DNA of 63,359 nt, counting the filler, from Choristocarpus tenellus KU-1152 (Eukaryota > Protista > Phaeophyceae), in the NCBI GenBank assembly GCA_964200185.2. It is 9 parts of 9 records of this genome, joined end to end, with 100 filler letters (N's around TTAATTAATTAA, not from the genome) between each part and the next. Parts side by side here need not be neighbours in the genome. Positions count along the whole stretch, not along the records: positions 20,493 to 40,030 come from CAXNAD020000460.1; 8 more parts are not named here. The stretch is one strand, 5' to 3'. The notes under the pieces are model-generated. The model saw only the letters and a program-made list of their open reading frames with translations, ran no database searches and was not told the DNA's origin. Position numbers and translations under genes: made by a program. Positions 24,901 to 37,299 of the stretch are shown here, piece by piece (positions within the stretch are counted from its first letter, which is position 1; every line of letters begins with the position of its first letter).

Positions 24901-27900
24901 CTATATATATATAGGTTTTACAACATTTGGAATCTTGGAGATTCTGTTACAAGATTTCCTTATCTGGATGATTTTGCTCTACCAGATGGGGCACTGGATT
25001 AAGGGCAGGGCTTTTTTCATTGTCAATCCATTCGTTTGTATTCATTTTTAGGGTTAGGGTTGGGGTTGGGGTGTCACAATGTTGCAACTGCTTGGGAGGC
25101 GTTGCAATAACTTGGAGTGGGTCTGCGTAGATTCTGCATTGATCATAGTTGGGTATAGTGCAGTTATGTCAGTTACATCAGTTACACTCAACAGTGAGGA
25201 CTAGGATTTTTCCAAGGTACAGTCTGCTGCAGAAGGGTGATTGATCCCTGTCAATTGTACCCACAGGGCCTGCCAAGGTGATCACACAACCATATTTCTG
25301 ACATACTTCTGACATACTCCCCATCCCCTGTGCTTTTATTTATTTTTATCATTGCTATATATTTTGTGTTTCATTGTGACATATCAGTGTGTTCAAGAAT
25401 GTTTTTCAGTTCTGTTTGATAAACCCAAGTGGTCATGTGCTCTCTCCCATTTCATATTTATTTTTATAGTAATATACTATTGCATCCTCCTTGAGAAGCT
25501 ACGTCTTTGGGGGGTTTCTATGCAAGAGACGTTTTGTTGATATTGATATTGATATTGATATTATCTTGGCAATACTTTTGTCCCCTTTTTTATTTATTTA
25601 TTTATTTTTAAGGTATCTTCGAGAGGCCTGGTTTGTTGATGTACGTGCATGCAGGAGAAGGCAACAGGTGAATGTATATATAGATATTTATATACAGATA
25701 TTCATATACAGATATTGTAGATATATAGAGAAGGCAACAGGTGAATGTACATATAGATATTTATATACAGATATTCATATACAGATATTCATATACAGAT
25801 ATTCATATACAGATATTCTAGATATATAGAGAAGGCAACAGGTGAATGTATATATAGATATACATATACAGATATTCTAGATATATAGAGATATTCTAGA
25901 TATATAGGATAGCTTGAATGCCCAGGGTATATTTGTAACTGCAACTGTTGAATCTCTTTGAAACGTGATTGGTGGTTTTTTTCAGAAGTAGTACAACTTC
26001 AATGGCTTCATTTTCATTAGGAGAACATCAAACTTCGGTATCATAGGTGGAGGAGAGGGGGGTATCTTTTTATGAATTGGACTTGGGTGAAGTTAATAAT
26101 GAGTTAAAGTATCTTGGAGGGTAGTAAAGTTAATAATGAGTCAAAGTATGTTAGAGGGTAGTGAAGTTAATAATGAGTTAAAGTATGTTGGAGGGTAGTG
26201 AAGTTAATAATGAGTTCAAGTATGTTAGAGGGTAGTGAAGTTAATAATGAGTTCAAGTATCTTAGAGGGTAGTGAAGTTAATAATGAGTTCAAGTATGTT
26301 GGAGGGTAGTGAAGTTAATAATGAGTTCAAGTATGTTAGAGGGTAGTAAAGTTAATAATGAGTTAAAGTATCTTGGAGGGTAGTAAAGTTAATAATGAGT
26401 TAAAGTATCTTGGAGGGTAGTGAAGTTATTAATGAGTTAAAGTATCTTGGAGGGTAGGGTCGCGTCTATTTGGGGGCCAAAATCCAATGTTGCTATTTTG
26501 ATGAAATTTTGGCTATCTTGTCTGTTAGGAAGTGTCAATATCCTTCTTCTGGACACTCTGTTTCATAACGTAAACATGTAATTTTAACTACTCTGAAATG
26601 GTTCGGAGAAGGTAAAATGTAATTTAAAAAAACATGGGAAGCCAAGCCCCAAATGGACAAACAGGGCAAAACTCATACCCTCTAAGATACTTTGACTCTC
26701 ATCCCTTTTGCTATAGAAAAGAAGTGTAGGGGAGTTCAAATAGGATTTTTTTTTTTTTTCCTACTGAAGGGGTGTTGAAACCTTCTCAGTTGCTTGGTCT
26801 GGTAAACCATAGTGTGTTAAACACATTTGTCTATTTTATCTTATATTTGATGTTTCGTTTTATTTTATTTTATATCGGTGTTTTTTGGTTTATAATTAAA
26901 GCATGGCACAATCCCATTTTTTTGTACTAGTTTGAAAACTATATAAACAAGTCAGTAGGGTTAGGGTTAGGGTTAGGGTTAGGGTTAGTCCTACCCCTTA
27001 ACCTTTTTGGCACAAGTCTGCAAGTATGTTAATGTTTTTAATCGAAGAGGCTTTAAGTACGTGAGGCAGTGAATGAGTCGTTTAAACTTTTACATACCAC
27101 TTCAATAATTTTTTTTTTTTTTTCATTTGAAGCGTGTCGTTTAAACTTTTTTTTTTATTGCACACCAGTGTTTTAATATATGTTTTCTTAAATCAGACTC
27201 GCACTGTATATGCTTACACTATATTTTTTATTTTATTTTATTTTTTTCTGGAACGAACCTGACTCAGGTCCCTGTAGGTAGAACACCAGTGGCCAGGATC
27301 TTCCGTATACCAGATGAGTTCCACCTCCTACACCACCGGGCTACTATCAGTGCAGTAAGAAAGCGCATCAAGGCGAAGGGATTGCTGGTCAGAGACGCCT
27401 TCCTGGCATTCAACTCATCTCGCAGTGGGGCATTGAGCTGTTCAGAGATGTATGGTGCCTTGGAATGGTTGGGACTCAGGGTGGGACCATCGGAGGTAGG
27501 TTCAGGAATGGAGGGGAGGGTGGAAAGGGAGAGGGAGAGGGAGAAGGAGGGGGGGGTTTGTGTTGAAGTGTAAGGCGTTGTTGGAGGTATTCTGTGTTCG
27601 GCAGAGGTGAAAGTGAACGGTGCGTGCTGTCGTCTCTAATTTTTTTTAGGTGTTAGGGTTAGGGTTAGGGTTAGGGTTAGGGTATTGTGTAGAGTGAAGT
27701 TTCAAGGAAGTCATAAGCAGATTGCTGACTGGCTTAGGTGTGGTGTTACAAAAAAGGGGGTTCTTCTGTTTTACTGGTACTGATCTGGTACTGATCTGGT
27801 ACTGATCTGGTACTGGTACTGGTACTGGTACTGGTGATGCTTGCAGCTTGTAGAGGTGTGTTAGAGGGTTTTTTGTCAAGGATAATTCAATCAAAGACGC

Positions 27901-30584
27901 AGCCATGAGGTATACCCCAAACTGACTGTATTTGATGGTTAGGTGTAGGCTATGAATTGTGACCATGTCATTGTTGTCACTGGGGTGCACTCATATGAAA
28001 TTTCGTTGAGGATTTGTATCATACTATACATTTATTCTGGTAGGCAATCATGTATAAACAATGAATAAAAACCATAATGCCTTACAGTGTAGAAAACCCT
28101 AACCCTAACCCTAATCCTGTACTAGTACCTAACCCATTCAAGTATAGTCGTATGTTTGGAGCTACAAGTGTTCCTCACTAGGATTGTATTTTGTCTTGTG
28201 TTTCTCATGAACAGCCCTTAGGGTTAGGGTTTGGGGGCTCACGCTGTTGGCACCAACAGTTCACACACATGCCATGTATTTATATTCAGTTGCTTTTATG
28301 AGGTCTCACTTGCCATCATACTCTGTTACCTAAGTTTTTATTCCTTACCATACCCACTGGAATGAAGTATTAATACTATTTATTATTATTATCATTATTA
28401 TTCTGTTTGCATCAGTTGGTATTCAGTGCACTCACATTCATATTCACATTGACACATGTATGTATGTACCTATTATGTATTGTGTGTATGTGTGTGTGTG
28501 TGTCTTGGCTGCATGTTTTGAGAACAGGTTCAAGATGTTGTTCGTACAATTGATCTGGATGTTGATGGCTATGTTAGCTGGGATGAGTTCAAGTGTGCCT
28601 TCCATGAGCCTGGTGAGTTACTTTAAACAAAATAGTTAAATGACGGAAAATAGAAGTAGCAAGAACGTTATGAGGATGTTCTTTGAATGTATATGCTTGT
28701 TTAGTGTACAATACATTCATTAATAGTGTGTATGTCCAGGAGTGCTATTGGTAGAAACTAATTGGAGTGTTAGGACAAGCTGTGGATGCTCTAGGTTAGA
28801 ATATATATTAAATGGTGAGCTTGTAGAGTTAGGGCTAGGTGTGTGTGATAGAGATGTTGTATAGTACATAATGTTAGTGTTTTTTATTTTACATTGGTTA
28901 GGGTTAGGGGGTGAAGCTTAGTGCTAAGAAATACTCTCAAGCATTATAGTATTATCAGAATTATTATTATCTTAATTTTTATGACCGTTGAGAACCTGAA
29001 AGGGCTAGGGTTAGTTAGAGTTAGGATAGGGATGGATGCTTGGACAGGAAGGGATACTACCCATGAATAGACCGACCAATTCGTTGAGTTTTGAAATCCT
29101 GTTGTAGTTGGAAGTCACCCTTACTATTTCTATATCAATATCTATGTACTATATCAATATCTATGTACTATATCAATATCAATATCTATATCTATATCAA
29201 TATCTATATCAATATCAATATCTATGTACTATAATTTGTTTGTCGGGTAGATATGTTACACACCTAACATAGACCAGGTTGGTCAGTCCTTGCATTATAT
29301 ATATAGAGGTTGACACCTCCACCTCCACCACCCCCACCCCCTTGGTGATACTTAGAAGTAGACAGACTGGCCTTCTGAGACGGCTTCTCTTGGGTAAGCT
29401 TCACCTGTTCCATCGAAATTCATGCAATGTGCCATTGTGTCATGCGTTATTATTATTATTATTATTATTATTATTTCTTCCACCAAGTGTTGAAAGGGTT
29501 TGGTCATGTAGTGTGATACCAGGAGAATTAGTCACCCCCCAGAGAGAATGTTTATTATGTTTGTAACAATGATAATAATAGTATTGTTTCTTCAAACTAC
29601 ATTGGTATTAGGGTTAGGGTTAGTCTTACAATGAAAGCGTTTATCATATTTTAGTAGGATTTATTTTATTTTTTATATAGGCAACAGGGGATGTCTGTAT
29701 TTTATATTTTATCATCATTCCATTCACATTCTGCTCTGACTCTAAGGATTTTATTTTATGAAGAGACTGAAAAATAAATTAAAATGTCTTGAATTTTTGT
29801 GCAAGTGGTTTGAGGAGATTCCAAAGTCCAGTGTCATCTTTGGGAGGGTTAGAGTTGGGGTTGCAATAGGTGACCACCCTGCCAGTCAGCTATGGTCATG
29901 TGTAGTGTTTAGTGTTTTTCCCTAACCCTAATCCCATTCAAGAGTATAAAGGTCTTTCCTGTGTCAAAACAAGACCTCCAATCCTCTTTGTAAAGATTTG
30001 CTAGTACTGGTTACTGTAGTGGTTGTAGTAGTACTCTCAATAGTATTTAGTATTGTAGTATTAGTACTCTCAATAGTATTTAGTATTGTAGTAGTACTCT
30101 CAATAGCACTAGTTATTGTTCTGTGTTGTATAGTAATATGTTTTGTTCAACTGGCCTCTTTGGTAACTACTATTTTTGTCACAATTCTTTTTTATTTATT
30201 AATGTTACAGTTTTTGCTATAGATCTGACGTACATTTTTTTTAAAGTCCGATTCTATCACACATAACTTTTTATTTTATTTTGTTCCTGACTACTTTTTT
30301 TAAACACAACTTATGTTTTTTCTTGTTATTTTATTTCCAAACAGACAAGGATGAGGCCATGGGGGTGGCTGACACTACCCTTGTGGGTGGTGCTGATTGG
30401 CCGGACTTTGAAGGGGGTGTAACCTTCACAGTCAAACCCAAGCCAATGCAGGAACTATATGACAACAAGGAGGAAAAGGTGATTGAAATTTTAGTAAGAT
30501 ATGTAGAATGTTGATATATATATATATATGTATATATATTTGATGTTCTTGTCTTTGTAAGTGTAGGTTGTGGAAACATTAAGT

Positions 30585-30619
<35 letters not shown>

Positions 30620-32186
30620 GACTGACTGACTGACTGACTGGCTCTCTCTGAATCTCTGTCTCATGATTATCTATGGTACTTCTTTATTTTAATTATTATT
30701 CTTGTTACCAATTGGTGAATTTTTTGCTGACTTGATAAATAAATTACGTTTTTTTGTTAAATTAATATTTTTTTTATTCATACATAGTTTTTCTTATTGA
30801 TGCCACTGTTATTCATACAATATTAGTAGTAGTAGTTTAGTAGTAGTAAGATTTTTTATTTCTCAGTTATACTTGACAAATATAAAAATATATTTATTTT
30901 AAATATATATATATATTTATATATTTCTTTTTATTAACACCACAAGGCAAAGCAAAAACAATATGTGGAGAACATTTCTGGAGAGAGGCTCGAGGCATTC
31001 AAGCTCAAGGTTCACAAGCAGGAAAGACTGGAAAGGATTTGGACCACGCATGGAACAGCATCCAGGACCAAGTGCAGTGTGTGGGTTCCGACAGGACTTC
31101 AGCTAGGTCCACTACATCGGAACAAGGTTTGTTAGGACTAGGGTTAGAGTTTTTGGTTGGTTTGTTGTATGGGGTTTGTCCAAGGTTACAAGCCCCTGAC
31201 TTGGGGTTAGGGTTACAAAACCCTACTACAAGGTTAGTCAGGGGGGATGTGAGATGGTTGGTACAGAGATTGAGGTTTGAAGGATGTTGTTGGAGTGGTA
31301 CTTTACCTGGTGACAATGAGTATACCTTACAAAGTGTTTAGATGTAGTATTGCATTGATTTATTTGTTAGGGCTAGGGTTAGGGTTGGAGTTTGAAAGTG
31401 AAACTGTATACTGGTATTAAAATAGCATCTTTGGAGTAGTGATTTGAACATGAGGTAGATGTGGAAGGGTACACTGTTGGTTGAGGAATGTAGATTTGTT
31501 GAATCCACAACTATTGTATTGTACAGTGCTATACCTTTTATTGACAGAAGTGTTCATGACCGCAATTTACATGAACTACGGAAGTGGCTTGTGGTAAAGT
31601 ACAAGAAAGGGTACAGTTGACAAAGAAGGGTATGTTTAGGCAAGAAAGGGTTCAGAAGTGGAGGTGTCGTGTACGACTTCTTTTGTTGAAGCTGTGACCT
31701 GTTTGCTCTCAATGCTATTTTTTTTTTCTTAACAAGATACTGCTCATAAGTATGTGAGCACTTTGAGGTATTCATAACTTAATACCGTAGGCGTTGTTTC
31801 AAAGGGTTAGGATTAGCGTAAGGGTTATTGACACGTCGGCATTAACACTCAAAAAAAGATGAAATATCAGTTTAAGAAATAGTTACATACCCTAACCCTA
31901 ACCCAAGGATGTGTGAATTATGCCTAGCCTCTTCTCAAAGAGGTTGTGTTCAGGAGACATTCACAAGGATGTGTACAATGAAATATGTACAATGAAGTAT
32001 GTACAATGAAATCAGAGAGGGCAGGCATGCTGTTGTACAAGACATGATTATGGTAGTCCGTCTCTTCCTCTCTCTTCCATCTTCAAGGCATTTGGACCGA
32101 TAGACCTAGACTTAGTATCCTGTCATATATATATACATACATTCATCCTCTGGAGGTATTCAAGTTGTAAATTGCTCTTGGACCCT

Positions 32187-32221
<35 letters not shown>

Positions 32222-35200
32222 CAGAAGTTTGAATATGATAGGGATAGGGATAGGGATAGGGATTGGATTACATACCCACCCATTCTACTAACTGACTCCT
32301 CTACCCACATTGTTCCACACGCATATACACACACACAACAGCAAATACACCTCTGGTAAAGTTACTTTAAATATATTTCATCATTTTGACGCAGTTTTAA
32401 AAAACGCCTCCTTGTACTAGGAGAGACTGTGCTTCGGGCACTTTTCACGAGCAGGGTTGTCTGGGTGGGGCAGGAAGGACGCAGATGTTGAACCGCAGAT
32501 TCTTGAGATCACTGATACTGGCAAATGGAGAATGAGACATGGTCGCAAGTTGGATAGTGTAATAGATACACTGTTCCCCAAGCCAAAGCGTTTCCGGGAG
32601 GTTTGGAAACAGGTGAATGACAGGACATGACACTGGATGACATAGGAGTGGGTGGCATAGGAGTAAATGAAATATGACTATATGGCATAGAGTAAATGGC
32701 ATAAGACTGAATGGCATAGACTAAGTGACACAAGACTGAATGAAATAGACTAAATGACACAAGACTGAATGAAATAGAGTGGATTCCACCGAAAAATATA
32801 CTTGATTTTTGGTTAGGGTTAGTCCTTGGTTAGTCTTTGATTGGTCTTTGATAAGTCTATTTTGGCCTTTGTTTTTCTGATGTCGGTTTGTTGTTGGGAT
32901 TGTCCCAGGCGCTCTGTACTCTGTTCTGGCAGAGGGATGAAATGATGTTGAAAAAGTGTTGTTTTAAAGTGTGATGACCCCTGCACGTGCTCAGGTTGGT
33001 GGGGATAAGGAGCTGTATGTGTGGAGGCCTGTGCCCCCCAGCAATCTGTTTGTGTCAATGGGCATGGTTGTGACCAACAGTGAAGAGGCTCCTCCTTCAG
33101 ATAGCGTAAGGTGCCTTCCAAGGCGGTGGGTTGTGGAGAGCAAGTTTACTCCTGTCAAGGTTAGTTGAAGTTGAAGTAGAGTTGTTTGCTTTCTCGTATG
33201 TAAGAGGGGGGGGGGGGGGCTTTTCAGATATTTTTTGTGCTTACTGGGTTTTGTGTTTGGTTGGAGGCGCGCGCGCGGGCATGTGTGTTTGTGTGTGTGT
33301 GTGTGTGTGTGTACAATAGTTCGAGGGGACAATTGTTTGTTGGAGTTGATGAGGGCCTTGGGTTGTGTAATAGTGTTTAGGTTGATGTTGGACTATGTTT
33401 GTTTTGGGGAGGATCTTTGGGTTGCATTGTTGGAGTTAGGGTTATTTATATTGCATTGAGAGCAGTGCCTACAGAACATCGACTTGTTTTTAATTCTTGC
33501 ATATTTTTAATTATGGCAATGTCAACCGATGTTGAGGGAGAGTGCAAGGCATGGCCTCATGGCAGGGAAGTACTGGTGGGTTCATGGAGTTCATTGTGCA
33601 CCTTGATAATGTCATTACCCTAACTCTGAGAATGCATGGTGTGTTGAAAATGTAATTACCCTAACTCTAAGAAAGTACATTGTGTGAAAATGTAATTATC
33701 CTTTCCTTCTGTTTGACATTAATCTAACTCACTACGGCCTTCTCAGGCATAAAGCTCTCAAGTACGTCAGAGATGTTTCCACTACAGATGTTTGATGTCA
33801 GTGATGTTTGATGTCAGAGATGTTTGATGGTCTGTTTTCGAGGTCTCATTTTTTTGTCAGTTGATGATTTTGTTCTTAGTTCTTAGCCGTCAGTAACTTC
33901 GCTTCATGTATTTGGTGGTGACTTTTCCTTTCATGAGCTGGCTACACACTTGTCTGTGGTGCCTTACCTTGCTGGGGTGTGGCTCGAAGCAATACAGACC
34001 TTTGAACCTCTGGTGCCCCTCAAACTGCATGATTCAGGTGTGGGATGACTCAGGCACTGAAGGGAGGGCAGGAGCACTTTGGGTGGTGAACAAGTTGCAT
34101 CTGATGGCAGCATCCGTAGGGCATGAGCTGCCACAAGGACCATTCTGGGACCTGAAGGTGGAGGCTTTTGCCACATGTACCTTTTTTTTGTATGTTGAAA
34201 AGAAAATATTTTATATATATATATATTGTGGGCGGGCTGGTTAGGGTTAGGGTGCATGAGTGAATTGTGTGCCTGTGTGTGTGTTGTTGTTTTTTATTAT
34301 CACAATATGACATTGCTGAGTACAACACTTGTAAATAGTCTCTTGTTCTTTGTTGTTATCTTGACAGAAATTGACAGAAATCAACACCAGCAAAATAGTT
34401 GAGAGCTAAACCTTGTTGTGATTACATCCTAACCCATGTGCAACAATCCATCCACATTAATCTGGGGTAGTCCTCATATCTTCATCCCCATCCCACCAAC
34501 TCCCCATATTATAGACAACATAAAGGTTATGCACTTCCCTGGTTAGATAGTGGTCCCCCTAATATATGTGGTGAGGGAGGGGGGGTTATTTATGTGCAGC
34601 ATTGATATACACATGTATGAAGTGCCCTTGTCATGAAGTAGCAAATAGCCCTGGTTAAGATTAAGATGCCCATACCATATGAAAATGCAATTTTTTGAAA
34701 GTTGATTTTGTTGGCCATGAGAGGCTCTGTAGCACTACAGAATTTTCATGGTCGTTAGAACACTCTTTTGAGTTGGAGGAAGTGTACCATGAGAGAAAAG
34801 CAGGCATGCATACTTGTTGGAGTTTTCACTTACTCTAGCATTTCCACTTTGGTGCTAGACGTCTTTGTCTCGTCTTTTTTTCTTATGGTTAGTTTCTGTT
34901 CTGTTTTCACTCAGGGTTAGGGTTAGTTTTTTTTATGTTTTTCATCAGATGTTCATCTACATTTACACTGGCATGGTAATCTCCATTGCCTACTACCTCA
35001 ACCAAGCATATGCCAACGCCTTCCAGTTGCACAATGCGCTCAGCTTGTGGGGAGTTGACCTTTTCCGGGGTTTTTTATCTCTACAGGAGGACCGTTTCTT
35101 CATATCCCCTGAGGAGTTTAATGAGCTTGATGCAGTGCCGCCTTCTGGAACAAGCTTGTCTGGGTCAGCTCATAATGCTGGTTCAAGTGGGCATAAAGGG

Positions 35201-35224
35201 AATGGAGGCTCAGCTGTGTTCTAA
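20608..35224 (+). CDS. C-terminal 663 aa of a large EF-hand calcium-binding protein with a Vps62/DUF946-like C-terminal domain (5'-partial, 13 exons)
   Basis: Phase-consistent GT-AG exons 20608-20876, 22669-22771, 23460-23656, 24129-24254, 25613-25667, 27268-27495, 28528-28612, 30345-30478, 30947-31126, 32421-32612, 32995-33159, 34038-34157 and 35087-35224 (stop), 1992 nt in total. EF-hand loops DFDGDTRLGEEEF, NSSRSGALSCSEM and DLDVDGYVSWDEF. Vps62-like YVWRPVPPSNLFVSMGMVVT..PP...VRCLP..WV...VWDDSGT.G..GALW. Confidence 0.9.
25656..25905 (+). repeat. Tandem triplication of an exon end and splice donor, with ATATACAGAT-type subrepeats
   Basis: agaaggcaacag|gtgaatgta at 25656, 25729 and 25830. 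Confidence 0.9.
26087..26456 (+). repeat. 10 x 37-bp tandem array (14-bp flank plus 23-bp MITE TIR)
   Basis: Unit GTRAAGTTAATAAT-GAGTYMAAGTATSTTRGAGGGTA; the last unit continues into the full MITE. Confidence 0.95.
26434..26698 (+). mobile_element. MITE family A copy (intronic)
   Basis: gagttaaagtatcttggagggta ... taccctctaagatactttgactc; flanks TAAT/TCAT. Confidence 0.9.
26956..26987 (+). repeat. Interstitial telomeric repeat (TTAGGG)5, one of many intronic runs
   Basis: tagggttagggttagggttagggttagggttag; similar runs at ~20886, 21345, 22487, 23868, 24286, 25048, 27652, 29608, 31204, 34240 and 34913. Confidence 0.9.
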
Positions 35225-36766
35225 CTTTAGTGGTGCTTGAGGGAGGCAGCAAAGCCGAGTGAATTGTATCGTGTGCCAAGAGTGCTTGTTTGTGGGTACC
35301 TGATGTAACTGATGTAACTGATGCTCTGCCCTGTTTTGTCTCGCTGGTATTGATTTTTTTTCTTGTGAAGCATAGAATGGAGGGATCCGTCAACCGTTTT
35401 TTTTTTAATTGGAGAAATATATTGGGGGTACTATTGTGGTTGATTACTTTGTGCTGATAATGCTTGGAATTAGATGCCTTCATGTGTGTGTGTGTGTGTG
35501 TGTGTTATGTGTGTGTGTTATGTGATGTTTGGTGACAGTTTTCTTGTTCCCACCTGTTTGCATGACACATGGCACATGGTACACAATTTGTTTGTTGGCT
35601 GCAGTAGGTGGATTAAGACATAGGAGGAATAGCACAACATACAAATGAAACTCTGTGAATTTTAGTACATGTTGCCAAACGTAACTGTTTGCGCCACACC
35701 ATTCAAAAGTGGATCAAGAGGAAAGGAGGATTGTGGCATTGTGGAAAAGGGAGGGAGTGATGGGCTAGCTACTGTGGGAAGCAAGAGGATTGGAATATCT
35801 CCAACTTAGTATTGACCATTTGATAGCTACCATGCTTTAGAGTTGTTTTATGTGCAACCCTATGTGGTGATATGTCACTATTATTGCCATTTACTGCTTT
35901 CATGTGTAGAGTTAAATCAGGGCAATCCTGGGGGAGGCTGTTCCAATCGGAAGGAATGGGGCAAAAGTGCGGCCTTACGAGCTGACGGTTCAGAGAGTGC
36001 TTTAATGAATGGGTGTACGGACATTTTTCTAGAGGTGGGGAGGCCGTTACTCTTCTCAGTCGGGTGGTGGGGTATACATGAAGGAGTGAGAGGAATACCC
36101 ACCTTTAATAGTGCACATCCAAAAAGGTATTCTTAGTCCTTGTCAAGTTGAAGCACTTTTTGTGTACAGTACGAAGGAGAATTGCATCATCATGCCGCAA
36201 TTTCTCCATGCGATGAAACCGTTTTTTACGTTGGATATTTTTTGGAAGAGGAGGACCCATAGATTGAAGAAAGTGCTCCTCTCATGTTGTTTCATGTCAT
36301 GTGCACTTAACGTTATTGTTGCAGTGACAGACGGGTCCTAGTTTGTCCAGCGGTTCTTTTGTTTGCAGGACGTAATTAGGCAACCTGTGGCGTTTTATCT
36401 GAATAATACAATGAATACTAGCATCTTACGGAACACTCCGACGAACCAATTGAATGTTTTGCCATTGTTATTAGGGTGGTGATGCTGATGATGTCCTGTC
36501 TGTTACAGATTGAAAGAAACGAACAAATATCGTTTGTTGACAACACCAGCAACAAGGAATGACCAGGGTACCACACCAACTGTGGACTGTGAAGAACTGC
36601 TACTACATATTTTCCTCTTGATAAATACTCTTGAGTTCTAACCTTCTTCGAAGTACTGTTTATGGTTGTCATATAACACAAAGAAATTGCAATACTCCCT
36701 AAACCTTTCCTTTCCAGACCTACCTGGTGAAGCAAGGAACAGCCTCGCAACATTATCATTAATTTT

Positions 36767-36810
36767 GGCTCAAAGTATCTGGGAGGGGGTGGAGGCTGTG
36801 CATTCGTTTA
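36767..36810 (+). mobile_element. MITE terminus (family B-like), truncated
   Basis: ggctcaaagtatctgggagggggtggaggctgtgcattcg matches the start of 51411 and 62730. Confidence 0.55.
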
Positions 36811-37299
36811 TCTATATGCTCCCTCTGTTCGGTAAGCCTGTTCCTTTATTAATGTACCTCTTCGGAATGAGCTTCGATTTCAAAACAGACTTTTGCGTTG
36901 GATTCCTCGGGAAAAATTACATAAGATGAGTTATATTTGAAAACAATATTTATAAATTGTTCTAAAAATTATGGGAAAAAATCGTTTTGAAATCGGAGGT
37001 CATCCCGAGATGTACATGCATAAAGGAGCAGACTTTTGGGATAAAGGGAGTGTGTTGATACACTCTGTATATATATATGTATATATATATGGATCAAAGA
37101 AAATACACACAAGGACACAAAACATTAGGCTTACAAGGACAGCATGCAGTTATATCCAGCCAACTATTGACTTTTTACACTTCAGCATCACAAGGCAAAA
37201 TACTGAATAAACGCTTGACTGAGCATGGAGTATGTGTGAGGGGGGAAGCTCACCGAGAATGGTTGGTAGGTCTTGATAATGAATCGGCCACAGATGGTT

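Noticed and set aside
26087-26456. CRISPR array
   Set aside because: The 37-bp units are head-to-tail with no unique spacers, derive from a MITE end, and have no cas genes nearby; the locus is a eukaryotic intron.
26956-27683. True telomere or chromosome-fusion site
   Set aside because: The runs are only about 5 units long, are scattered, and sit inside introns of an intact gene.
21153-33459. ORF-track ORFs rich in YIYI, LTLTL, PNPNP, GLGLG, CVCV or HTHT
   Set aside because: These are translations of intronic microsatellites and telomeric repeats, or antisense shadows of real exons.
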